From the NCBI GenBank assembly GCA_034667685.1, contig JAXDQU010000034.1, positions 31,022-95,021 on the forward strand: 64,000 nt of DNA, given 5' to 3'. Both the position numbers and the translations under genes were made by a program. Numbering within the stretch: position 1 is the first letter of the stretch; the number at the start of each line of letters is the position of its first letter. Origin of the DNA: Thermoplasmata archaeon. Lineage in GTDB: Archaea; Thermoplasmatota; SW-10-69-26; JACQPN01; JAJPHT01. Below the pieces are notes generated by a model. It saw nothing but the letters and a program-made list of their open reading frames with translations. It searched no databases and was not told the origin of the DNA. Shown piece after piece: positions 19,709 to 28,298 of this stretch.

Positions 19709-20809
19709 GTGAGCTTCCGCCCGCTCGAAGGCATCCGCGTCCTCGACCTCACGCGCCTGCTGCCGGGGCCCTACCTCTCGCAGTGCCTGACGGACCTGGG
19801 CGCGGACGTCGTGAAGCTGGAGGAGCCGGGCGCGGGCGACCCGGCGCGCCTGATCGAGGGCTCCTTCGCGGCGGTGAACCGCGGCAAGCGCAGCATGGCG
19901 ATGGACCTGAAGGCGCGCGGCGCGTCCGAGGCGCTGCTGCGCATGCTCCCCTCCTTCGACGCGCTGCTCGAGTCGTTCCGGCCCGGCGTCATGGCGCGGC
20001 TGGGCCTCGCCGACGCGGAGCTGGCGCGCGCGAACCCGCGCCTGGTGCGCGTGAGCCTCGTGGGCTACGGGCCGGGGCCGCTGCGCGACGCCGTGGGACA
20101 TGATATCAACTACGAGGCGGTGGCCGGCGTGCTCGCCGCGCAGGGCGACCTGCGCGCGCCGGTCCTCTCGGCCGTGCAGGTGGCGGACGTGGGCGGCGCG
20201 CTCTACGCGCTGGCGGCCACGATGGGCGCGCTGCTGGAGCGCGAGCGCACCGGGCGCGGGCGCCACGTCGAGGTCGCGCTGGCAGACGCGGCGCTGGCGA
20301 TGAACGTCCTGAACGCGCAGCGCGGCGCGGGCGAGGCGCCGGCGCGCGGCGGCGGGGACCTGACCGGCGGCATCCCGAGCTATCGGCTCTACCGCTGCCG
20401 CGACGGGCGCTTCCTCGCGCTGGGATGCCTGGAGCCGAGGTTCTGGGCGCGCTTCTGCGAGGCGGTGGGCAAGGCCGAGCTCGCGCCGCTGCACGCCGAG
20501 CGCTCGCGCGGCGCGCACCTGGAGGTCGAGGCGCTCTTCGCGTCGCGCACCTCGCACGAATGGGAGGCGCTCCTGGGCAAGGCCGGCGTGCCCGCGACGC
20601 TCGTCGTCGAGCCGCGCGAGACCGCCCCGCTCTTCCCGCGCTTCGAGGGGGCGCCCGGGCCCGGCTCGCCGCTTACGCATCGCCCCAGCCACGGCAAGCC
20701 CCCCGCGCTGGGCGAGCACACCGACGAGGTGCTCCGCGAGGCCGGCTTCCGCGACGAGGAGATCGCGGCGCTGCGCGAGGCGGGCGCCCTGGGCCCCCAA
20801 GGAGCCTAG
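19709..20809 (+). CDS. Family III CoA-transferase (CaiB/BaiF)
   Basis: LEGIRVLDLTRLLPGP, DLGADVVKLE, NRGKRS, GHDINY, PALGEHT. Confidence 0.93.
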   Translation: MSFRPLEGIRVLDLTRLLPGPYLSQCLTDLGADVVKLEEPGAGDPARLIEGSFAAVNRGKRSMAMDLKARGASEALLRMLPSFDALLESFRPGVMARLGLADAELARANPRLVRVSLVGYGPGPLRDAVGHDINYEAVAGVLAAQGDLRAPVLSAVQVADVGGALYALAATMGALLERERTGRGRHVEVALADAALAMNVLNAQRGAGEAPARGGGDLTGGIPSYRLYRCRDGRFLALGCLEPRFWARFCEAVGKAELAPLHAERSRGAHLEVEALFASRTSHEWEALLGKAGVPATLVVEPRETAPLFPRFEGAPGPGSPLTHRPSHGKPPALGEHTDEVLREAGFRDEEIAALREAGALGPQGA

Positions 20810-20845
20810 AAAACCTTTTTGCGGCTCCCCCCGTCCCGGCGACCG

Positions 20846-22087
20846 ATGGCCCTTCCTGCCTGGCTGCGCGACCTGCTGGTCCTCGCCGCGGTGTTCGCGG
20901 TCCTGCTCGGAGGGCTCTACGCCTACACGGGCACGTGGCCCCCGGCGGTGATCGTCGAGAGCGGCTCGATGATGCACAAGGAGTGCGCCGCAGGCCTCGC
21001 GCCGCCCGCGTGCGACGACCACGTCACGTACGGGCGGTTCGGCACCATCGACCCGGGCGACCTCGTGCTCGTGAAGCACGTCGTCACGGCAGACGACATC
21101 ATGACGCTCTCGGAGAACGGACCGACGCACTACGGCAAGCCGGGCGACGTCGTCGTCTACTATCCGGCGAACAACCGCGAGCGCACGCCGATCATCCATC
21201 GCGCCGTCGCGTACGTCGAGGTCACCGGCTCGGGCAGCGGCACGCAGTACTGGGTCCGCTGGAGCGACGATGGCGCGTGCGAGGGCGGCGCGACGAAGGT
21301 CGTCCGCGGCAACGCCACCGCCGACATGCCCGCGTTCGGCTCGCGCGACAACCACTCGTGGTGCGTCTACGACCACAACGGCGTGCTCATCCCCAGCATC
21401 CCCATCGAGGCCTCCGGCAGCGGCGGCTCGCCCCGTCCCTACCAGCCGCTGCGCAGCGGCTTCTTCACGAAGGGCGACAACCCCGCGACCAACCAGCTTC
21501 CCGACCAGTTCTCCAGCATCTCGGTCGACGAGCACGGCATCCCCAACACCGTCGTGATGAGCTGGGTCGAGGGCAAGGCGCGCGGCGAGCTTCCGTGGCT
21601 GGGCCTCATCAAGCTCAGCCTCGCCGGCAAGCCCAACGAGGTCAACCCGCCGCGCGAGTGGGTCAAGATCGGCAGCGCCTACGCCCCCAAGGACCTCTGG
21701 GTCATGCTGGGCGTCTCGCTCTTCGTGCTCGTGGGCGTCCCGCTCATCTACGACGGCTACAAGGCCGTCCAGGCCCGCCGCGGCAAGGGCACCGGCGCGC
21801 CCGGCGCTCCGCTTGACGTCGGCGGCCATGGCGCCGGGCCCGATAGCGTCGAGCTCCACTGGCGCGCGCCCACCGAAGGCGCCCCGCCCGCGAGCTATCA
21901 CGTCTACCGCGGCCAGGCGCGCGTGGGCACGACGCAGGAGACGCGCTTCGCCGACACCGGCCTCGTCCCCGGCGTCAGCTACGTGTACGCCGTGAGCGCC
22001 GTCGACGCGAACGGGGCCGAGGGGCCGCGCTCGCCGATGGTGAGCGTGGCGACGGAGCCCTCGCCGCCCGCGTCGGGCGGGGCGTAG
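20846..22087 (+). CDS. S26/Sec11-type signal peptidase with insertions and a C-terminal FN3 domain
   Basis: VESGSMMH (Ser), PIIHRAV (His), TKGDN; second TM followed by VELHW..YHVYR..YAVSAVD. Confidence 0.85.
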   Translation: MALPAWLRDLLVLAAVFAVLLGGLYAYTGTWPPAVIVESGSMMHKECAAGLAPPACDDHVTYGRFGTIDPGDLVLVKHVVTADDIMTLSENGPTHYGKPGDVVVYYPANNRERTPIIHRAVAYVEVTGSGSGTQYWVRWSDDGACEGGATKVVRGNATADMPAFGSRDNHSWCVYDHNGVLIPSIPIEASGSGGSPRPYQPLRSGFFTKGDNPATNQLPDQFSSISVDEHGIPNTVVMSWVEGKARGELPWLGLIKLSLAGKPNEVNPPREWVKIGSAYAPKDLWVMLGVSLFVLVGVPLIYDGYKAVQARRGKGTGAPGAPLDVGGHGAGPDSVELHWRAPTEGAPPASYHVYRGQARVGTTQETRFADTGLVPGVSYVYAVSAVDANGAEGPRSPMVSVATEPSPPASGGA

Positions 22088-22104
22088 GCGCTCCGGCCCC
22101 CGAA

Positions 22105-22150
22105 GAATCCCGGATCACGGACGTCCGTGATTCGGAGATTCGGTGATTCG
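22105..22150. repeat. Short palindromic tandem-repeat element (GATTCGGN 8-mer)
   Basis: gaatcccggatcacggacgtccgtgattcggagattcggtgattcg. Confidence 0.65.
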
Positions 22151-22160
22151 CGTCTCCAGA

Positions 22161-22190
22161 GGGGGGTCCGGGGGGACGCTTCCCCCCCGA
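22161..22190. repeat. G-rich REP-like hairpin
   Basis: GGGGGGTCCGGGGGGA-CGCT-TCCCCCCCGA, similar to 7881-7908; lies between convergent genes. Confidence 0.6.
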
Positions 22191-22229
22191 CCCGAGAGAA
22201 GAACGATATCGGTACGACCGGAGCCTGGC

Positions 22230-23348
22230 TCATCCTGACTTGGGATCGAGCAGCACCACTTTGCCCTTCGTCGTTACGTTCACGGGCCCGCCGATCCCGA
22301 GCACGGCGCGCGCCTCGGGCGTGTGCAGCCCCTTGACGCGCGCGAGGTCGGCGCTCGACAATTCGGACACCGCACGCGCGATCCGCTTGCCTTCGCTTTC
22401 GACGTCCACGACGCTCTCGACGTCGAAGGTCCCCTCGACGTCCACGACGCCCGTGGGGAGGAGGTGCTTGCCGGCGGCCAGCGCGCGTGCCGCGCCCGCG
22501 TCCACGCGCACGACGCCCGCGGGGCGCGCGAGGAGGAGCCAGCGCCGGGCGCCGCTGGCGCGGGAGCGCGGCGCGAAGCGCGTGCCGATCTTCTCCCCCG
22601 CGACGAGGCGTGATAGCACGCGCGCCTCGCGCCCCGCGGCGATGACGACGGCGCACCCGTTCTCCATCGCGAGGGCGGCCGCGTCGAGCTTGCTGCCCAT
22701 CCCGCCGCGGCCGCCGCTGCTGGTCTTCGCGCCGGCCATGGCGCGCACCTTGGCGTCCACGTCCTCGACGAGGGGGACGAGCGTGGCGCCGGGCTCGGAG
22801 GGCGGCTTGGTGTAGAGCCCTGCGACGTCGCTGAGGATCACGAGCAGGTCGGCCTCCATCTTGGTCGCCACGAGCGCGCTGAGACGATCGTTGTCGCCGA
22901 ACCCGGCGTCGATCTCCTGGATGCTCACCGTGTCGTTCTCGTTGACGACGGGGACGACGCCCATCTCCAGGATCTTGCGCATCGCCTCGCGCATGTGGAG
23001 ATAGCTTTCCCGCGCGGCGAACGTGTGGTAGGTCAGGAGCACCTGCGCGACGTGCTGGCGGCGCCGCCCGAACGCCGCGGCCCAGTCCTGCATCAGGCGC
23101 GCCTGGCCCACCGCGGCGCAGACCTGCCGCACGCGCACGTCGCGCGGCTTCTCCTTGATGCCCAGGATGTGGCGTCCCGTGCCGATGGCGCCGCTGGTGA
23201 CGAGGATCACGTCGTGCCCCGCGTCGCGCAGGTCGCAGATCTCGTCCGCCAGCGCCGCCATGTACCACGGGTCCGGCCGGTCGAGCGGCCCGTTGAGCGT
23301 GTTCGTGCCGACCTTCACCACGATCCGCATCGTCTTGCCCTCCGTCAC
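22230..23348 (-). CDS. proB: Glutamate 5-kinase with PUA domain
   Basis: RIVVKVGT, VTSGAI, NENDTV, FGDND, GGMGSK; C-terminal PUA. Confidence 0.95.
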   Translation of the reverse strand: MTEGKTMRIVVKVGTNTLNGPLDRPDPWYMAALADEICDLRDAGHDVILVTSGAIGTGRHILGIKEKPRDVRVRQVCAAVGQARLMQDWAAAFGRRRQHVAQVLLTYHTFAARESYLHMREAMRKILEMGVVPVVNENDTVSIQEIDAGFGDNDRLSALVATKMEADLLVILSDVAGLYTKPPSEPGATLVPLVEDVDAKVRAMAGAKTSSGGRGGMGSKLDAAALAMENGCAVVIAAGREARVLSRLVAGEKIGTRFAPRSRASGARRWLLLARPAGVVRVDAGAARALAAGKHLLPTGVVDVEGTFDVESVVDVESEGKRIARAVSELSSADLARVKGLHTPEARAVLGIGGPVNVTTKGKVVLLDPKSG

Positions 23349-24076
23349 GAGAGATCCTGGAGGATCGCGCGCTCCTGCGCGGGCGTGAGCTGCCGATCCC
23401 AGGCCGCGATCCACGCCAGGCTCGCGCTGGAGGGAGGGCTCGACGCGTCGTCCATCCAGGTCCCGAACCAGACCTGCCGCACGTCCGCGGGGCGCACCTG
23501 CACGTCCGCGCGCGCGACCGACGCGACGAGGTGGCTGGCGTCGTCCCACACCTGCGCCTCTGCCGTTCCGTCGGCGCGCAGGTCGAGCCGCACCGTGTAA
23601 TCCATCTCGGGAAGCGGGCGCGGGCCGAAGAACGTGGGCTGCCACTGGACCGAGCTGGAGTTCGCGCAGAGGCAGAACCCTTCGGCGTCCAGCTCGACGC
23701 CCGCCCACGTGGTCGGCCCCGCGAGGTACACGCCGGTGCGGTAGAGCGTGTGGACGCGGACCTTCGCCTCCAGGACGAGGCCGTCGGCGCGCCCCTCGAT
23801 CGCGTGCGCCGCGCCGAACGCGCTGAGCGTCCCGGGCCGCACGGCGACCCGCATCTCTCCCTCCGAGATGGAAGCCTGCCCCTCGACCGCGTCGGCGCGC
23901 GGGTACCAGAAGCCCTTCGTCCAGGCGCCCGACGCGAGGCCGTCCGCCGTGAACGGGTCGGCGACGAGGGCCGCGCCGTGGGAGCCGGACGCGGGCGCGT
24001 CGATCCCGGGCGCGGTGGCGCACCCCGCGGCGAGGACGGCGAGGGCGACGAGGGCAAGAGACGGGCGGCTGCGCAC
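23345..24076 (-). CDS. Hypothetical lipoprotein (beta-rich)
   Basis: Lipobox LAAGC; stop overlaps the proB GTG start. Confidence 0.7.
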   Translation of the reverse strand: MRSRPSLALVALAVLAAGCATAPGIDAPASGSHGAALVADPFTADGLASGAWTKGFWYPRADAVEGQASISEGEMRVAVRPGTLSAFGAAHAIEGRADGLVLEAKVRVHTLYRTGVYLAGPTTWAGVELDAEGFCLCANSSSVQWQPTFFGPRPLPEMDYTVRLDLRADGTAEAQVWDDASHLVASVARADVQVRPADVRQVWFGTWMDDASSPPSSASLAWIAAWDRQLTPAQERAILQDLS

Positions 24077-24134
24077 GCGGCGCGAGCGCGCGGCCGCAGC
24101 ATGAAGCTGGCGAACGCGCCGGGCCCCGCCGACG

Positions 24135-25424
24135 TCAGAGCGGATCGCGCGGCTCCATCGGCTCGTGCAGGAACGGCCGCGGCTGGGCCCCCTGGTAGGG
24201 CGCGGCGGTGTGCCCCTGCCCCACGAGGACCCACTTGGTCGTGGTGAGCCCTTCGAGGCCGACCGGGCCGCGCGCGTGGACCTTGCTCGTGCTGATGCCG
24301 ACCTCCGCGCCCAGGCCGTAGCGATAGCCGTCGGCGAAGCGCGTGCTGGCGTTGACGAAGACGCCCGCGCTGTCGACGCCCGCGACGAAGCGACGCGCCG
24401 CGTCGGTGTCCTCGGTGACGATGGCGTCGGTGTGCTTCGAGCCGTGGCGGTTCACGAACGCGATCGCCGCGTCGAGGTCCTTGACGAGCGCGAGCGCCAC
24501 GGTCATGTCGCCGAACTCGCGCCCGAAGGCCTCCGCGTCCTCGCGCACCTCGACGCCCGCCTCGTGGAGCGCCTGGCGCAGCGCGGGGAGGATCGCGGGC
24601 GCCGCGTCCTCGTGGACCAGGATGCACTCGGCCGCGTTGCACGCGCTGGGGTTGTCCGTTTTGCTATCGAGGGCGATGGCGATCGCCTTGCGCGGGTCGG
24701 CGGCCGCGTCGACGTACACGTGGCAGACGCCCTCCGCGTGGCCGAGCACCGGGATGCGCGTGTGGGCCTTCACGTGGCGCACGAAGGCCGCCGAGCCGCG
24801 CGGGATCACGAGGTCGACAAGGTCGTCGTGCGCGAGGAGCGCGTTGGCCTCGGCGCGCCCTTCGAGCAATTGCACGGCGTCGCGCGGGATGCCGGCGGCG
24901 TCGATCGCGGCGCGGATCGCCTCGACGATCGCGCGGTTGGTGCGCTCCGCCTCCGCGCCGCCCTTGAGCAGCACCGCGTTGCCGCTGCGCAGCGCCAGCG
25001 CGGGGATCTGGATGGCCGCGTCGGGGCGCGACTCGAAGACGCACGCGACGACGCCCAATGGCACGGTCGTCTGCGTGAGCACGAGGCCGCGGTCGAGGCG
25101 CGTGGCGCGCAGCGGCCGGCCCAGCGGATCGGGGAGCGCCGCGACCTGCCGCACGCCCGCGAGCGTGAGCGCGAGCTTCTCGGGCGTCAGCTTCAGGCGC
25201 GCCAGCAGCGGCGCGGCGAGCCCCTCCGACTTCGCGGCGTCGAGGTCCTCCGCGTTCGCGGCCAGGAGCAGCTCGCGCTTGCGCTCCAGCGCGTTCGCCA
25301 GCGCGACGACCGCCGCGGCGCGCGTGGCGTCGGCGGCGCGGGCCAGCTTGAGCGCGGCCTCGCGGGCCGCCTGGGCCTTCGCACGGACTGCGTCCACGAG
25401 GCCCGATGTCGTCGCCGGCGGCAT
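24135..25424 (-). CDS. proA: Gamma-glutamyl phosphate reductase
   Basis: FESRP, LKGGAEA, IPRG, SACNAAE, NASTRFADG, HARGPVG. Confidence 0.96.
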   Translation of the reverse strand: MPPATTSGLVDAVRAKAQAAREAALKLARAADATRAAAVVALANALERKRELLLAANAEDLDAAKSEGLAAPLLARLKLTPEKLALTLAGVRQVAALPDPLGRPLRATRLDRGLVLTQTTVPLGVVACVFESRPDAAIQIPALALRSGNAVLLKGGAEAERTNRAIVEAIRAAIDAAGIPRDAVQLLEGRAEANALLAHDDLVDLVIPRGSAAFVRHVKAHTRIPVLGHAEGVCHVYVDAAADPRKAIAIALDSKTDNPSACNAAECILVHEDAAPAILPALRQALHEAGVEVREDAEAFGREFGDMTVALALVKDLDAAIAFVNRHGSKHTDAIVTEDTDAARRFVAGVDSAGVFVNASTRFADGYRYGLGAEVGISTSKVHARGPVGLEGLTTTKWVLVGQGHTAAPYQGAQPRPFLHEPMEPRDPL

Positions 25425-25430
25425 GAAGCT

Positions 25431-25562
25431 TCACCTCTCGCGGGTCTCGATCTCGAGACGAAGGCGGATGCGGAGGCGCCGCAGGAGCGCCGCGATGCCG
25501 ATGCCGAGGCCCAAGCCGCTCCCCCAACCGAGCATCGTCCAGTTCAGCGCGCCCATTCGCAT
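25431..25562 (-). CDS. Small single-TM protein upstream of proA (43 aa, below the ORF-track cutoff)
   Basis: Hand translation MRMGALNWTMLGWGSGLGLGIGIAALLRRLRIRLRLEIETRER; its GAGGTGA end doubles as an SD-like site for proA. Confidence 0.55.
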   Translation of the reverse strand: MRMGALNWTMLGWGSGLGLGIGIAALLRRLRIRLRLEIETRER

Positions 25563-25601
25563 TGTGAAGCGCGCGCCGTGGTATGAACGACTATCTGCAC
25601 A

Positions 25602-25618
25602 TTCTGCAGCATGCAGAA
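25602..25618. promoter_or_regulatory. Candidate operator palindrome
   Basis: TTCTGCA-GCA-TGCAGAA in an AT-richer stretch upstream of the small ORF-proA-proB unit. Confidence 0.45.
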
Positions 25619-25651
25619 CGGCACGTTAGCGCGCGTCGTCGAGACGAACCG

Positions 25652-26767
25652 TCATGACGATCGCCCGAACCACGCCGCGAACCGCTCGCTCTCGAAGCGG
25701 CGTTTCGCCTCCAGCGCGGCCTTGGTGGGCGGTTTGGCGGCGACGATGGGGTTCGGCGTGGCGTAGAAGTCGCCCGCGACCTCGGTGGCGAGGCCGTCGC
25801 CCAATTCCAGGAAGCAAACGCCCTTGCCGTCGAAGCGCGCGTCCTCGTCGCCCGCGATGCGCCGCGCGACGACGCTCGCTTCGCCTTCGGCCATGACGCC
25901 GGCCTTCACGAGCGGCTTGCCGTTGGCGAGCTTCACCACGTTGCAGTCGCCCACGGCCCAGACGTCGGGGAGGCTCGTGGCGGCGGTGTGCGCGTCGGCG
26001 GGCGCCCAGCCCGCGAAAAGCTGCGCGACGAGGGGCGGGGGCTTGTGCGGGGGGACGGCGGCGAGCGCGTCGAAGGGCTCCTCGCTGCCGTCGGCGAAGA
26101 TCGCCCGGGAGGGCTCGATGCGCGCGACCTGCTTGCCGTTGAGGACGCGCACGCCGCGCTCCTCGACCCAGCCGCGCACCTCGTCGCCGCACGCCTTGCC
26201 CGCGATGGGGAGCGGCTGCGGCTCAGGCGAGGCGATCGTCACCTGCGCGTCGACGCCGCGCGCGTCGAGATATCGTTTCGCGAGCATGGCCGCCTCGTAG
26301 GGTGCGGGCGGGCACTTGAACGGCGTCGCGGTGACGAGCACGAGGACGCGGCCGCCACGCAGGCGCGCGAGGTCTTCGTGGAACGCCGCGACGCCCTCCT
26401 TCGCGTAGAGGTTGCGCGCGTGCTGCGCGAGGCCGGGCACGTCCTCGGGGGCGAGGCGCGCGCCCAAAGCGAGCACGAGCCGGTCGTACGCGATCTCCTG
26501 GCCGCCCACGCGGGCGCGCTTCGCCTGCGCGTCCACGGACTCGGCGCGCGCCTGCACGACGCGCACGCCGTGGCGCGCCACGTCCGCGATCGCGCGCTCG
26601 CCCTCGCCCGCGCGCCGGCGGCCATCCAGGATCCAGAGCTTCGTCGTCCCCATGAGGAAGCTCGCGCGCTCGTCCACGAGCATGACCTCCTCGTCTGGCG
26701 CGAGGCGCTTGAGCTCGACCGCGGCGGTGAGCCCCCCGAAGCCCGCGCCCAGGATCAGCGTGCGCAT
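25652..26767 (-). CDS. Sulfide:quinone oxidoreductase-like FAD-dependent oxidoreductase
   Basis: GAGFGG, FKCPPAPYE, VGDC, KAGVMAE, CFLELG. Confidence 0.85.
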   Translation of the reverse strand: MRTLILGAGFGGLTAAVELKRLAPDEEVMLVDERASFLMGTTKLWILDGRRRAGEGERAIADVARHGVRVVQARAESVDAQAKRARVGGQEIAYDRLVLALGARLAPEDVPGLAQHARNLYAKEGVAAFHEDLARLRGGRVLVLVTATPFKCPPAPYEAAMLAKRYLDARGVDAQVTIASPEPQPLPIAGKACGDEVRGWVEERGVRVLNGKQVARIEPSRAIFADGSEEPFDALAAVPPHKPPPLVAQLFAGWAPADAHTAATSLPDVWAVGDCNVVKLANGKPLVKAGVMAEGEASVVARRIAGDEDARFDGKGVCFLELGDGLATEVAGDFYATPNPIVAAKPPTKAALEAKRRFESERFAAWFGRSS

Positions 26768-26830
26768 GCGCCGCCATCACGGCGGGTCGCTACAAAGCTT
26801 CATGCGACGGCAAGCCCAGCCGGCGCCGGC

Positions 26831-27148
26831 ATGGCCCCGGGCCCGGACGACGAGCAGCTGCTGCGCATGCTCCAGGAGGTCGAGGACGTCGAGGCGCTCG
26901 TCGAGCCCGAGCCCGAGGCGCCGCAGGCCGAGGCGTTCGACCCGTGCCCGTATTGCAGCGAGCCCGCGCAATACCTGGGCGAGTGCGGCGTCTGCGGCGA
27001 GCCGGGCTGCCTGCCCAAGGACCTCTGGACGCCCGGCGAGCCCGACCCGTGCCTCGTGCTCTGCGTGCGATGCGCGCGCAACATCCACCAGGGCTGCTCC
27101 GTCGAGGACGAGGCGGGCAACCCGCGCTGCGAACGGTGCGCGATATGA
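26831..27148 (+). CDS. Cys-rich zinc-finger protein with acidic N-terminus
   Basis: CPYC, CGVC, CVRC, HQGC, CERC; ATGA overlap with the next gene. Confidence 0.75.
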   Translation: MAPGPDDEQLLRMLQEVEDVEALVEPEPEAPQAEAFDPCPYCSEPAQYLGECGVCGEPGCLPKDLWTPGEPDPCLVLCVRCARNIHQGCSVEDEAGNPRCERCAI

Positions 27149-27747
27149 CGCGCGAGGAGGACGCGCTGCGCTTTTTGGAGACGGGCGAGGTGCCCGGCCT
27201 CGCCGCCCCCACCGAGGACGAGCGCGTGGCCTTCGCCAGGACCTGCCTCGCGCTGGAGCCGTTCAAGACGAAGGCGTGGCCGCACTTCGCGTGCTTCGTG
27301 GACGCGAGCAACGTCGCGCGCCGCAAGCCCGTCGCCGTGCACGAGGTCAACGCGCCCAAGGCGAGCCTCGCGGACCTGGACGCCGTCGTCGCCGCGCTCA
27401 AGCCGCTCCGCTACGTCGCGTTCGTCGTCTCCGACGCGAACCTCTTCCAGCTCATCGACCAGCCCTACGAGTGGCAGCGCAAGTATACGGCCTACCCGCA
27501 CAGCGTCGCCAAGGGGCGCCAGGCCGACAACATCATGCTCAACGCGCTGCGCCGGCTGCCCGAGGCCGCCTGCGTCAGCAACGACCGCTTCAGCAAGCCC
27601 GACGAGCGGCGCGACTACGGCGACATCCTCGACGCGCCGATGCGCTTCTACCGCCATGCGTGGGAGGGCGACAAGCCCTCGTTCGTGGACCCGGCGGGCG
27701 CGCCCATGCCCGGCGCGCTGCGCAGGCTGGCGCGACGATTTTCGTGA
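27145..27747 (+). CDS. NYN/PIN-fold ribonuclease (Zc3h12a/Regnase-like)
   Basis: FVDASNVA, VSDANL, ADNIML, VSNDRF acidic motifs. Confidence 0.78.
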   Translation: MTREEDALRFLETGEVPGLAAPTEDERVAFARTCLALEPFKTKAWPHFACFVDASNVARRKPVAVHEVNAPKASLADLDAVVAALKPLRYVAFVVSDANLFQLIDQPYEWQRKYTAYPHSVAKGRQADNIMLNALRRLPEAACVSNDRFSKPDERRDYGDILDAPMRFYRHAWEGDKPSFVDPAGAPMPGALRRLARRFS

Positions 27748-27792
27748 GTGGAGCGTCCACGATCTTGGAGCCAGCCGGAGTCCCACTCGTCG

Positions 27793-27880
27793 TCGGTCCC
27801 GCTTCCGATTCCGATTCCGCTTCCGACTTCCGCGTCGGGCTCGGAATCGGAATCGGAAGCGGGACCGAACGGAAGCGGGA
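27793..27880. repeat. Palindromic tandem-repeat element (6-mer TTCCGA family)
   Basis: 27-bp perfect inverted repeat at 27793-27819/27842-27868. Confidence 0.92.
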
Positions 27881-27941
27881 CGATTTCGAAAAGCGAATCC
27901 AGAAATAGGCCCCCCACCTGGTTGTGGTCCGGGATGCACCA

Positions 27942-28235
27942 ATGGAAGAGATCACCCGCTTCGTGAATCTCCCCGTCTACACGGCCACCGGCACGTTCGT
28001 GGGCCACGTCAAGAACGTCATTCTCGACATCACGGGGCGCAAGCTCGACAGCCTGCTCGTCAGCAAGACGAACCCCGCCCTCGTCGAAGGCGGCGTCGAC
28101 GTCGCCGTGCCCTACCGCTGGGTGCGCGCCTTCGACGACATCCTGATCCTGAGCTACTTCCCCACCCGCGTCGAGCTCCCCGCGCCCGCCGAGGCGGCCG
28201 AGGGCGAGGAGACCGACGCGATCCCGGCCCAGTAG
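27942..28235 (+). CDS. Archaeal PRC-barrel protein (CdpB-like)
   Basis: LPVYTATGTFVGHVKNVILD, VPYRWVRAFDDILIL. Confidence 0.85.
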   Translation: MEEITRFVNLPVYTATGTFVGHVKNVILDITGRKLDSLLVSKTNPALVEGGVDVAVPYRWVRAFDDILILSYFPTRVELPAPAEAAEGEETDAIPAQ

Positions 28236-28298
28236 GCCCGATCCATCGGCCCATCCGCCCGAAGGTTTACCTCCGGTCAGGGCCGATGAGGACGTGGC

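Noticed and set aside
17072-20809. Very long Arg/Ala/Gly/Pro-rich ORFs (e.g. 1245 aa here; also 50031-53306, 43192-46227, 31735-34602)
   Set aside because: These are shadow frames caused by high GC content; only terminal segments with real motifs were kept as genes.
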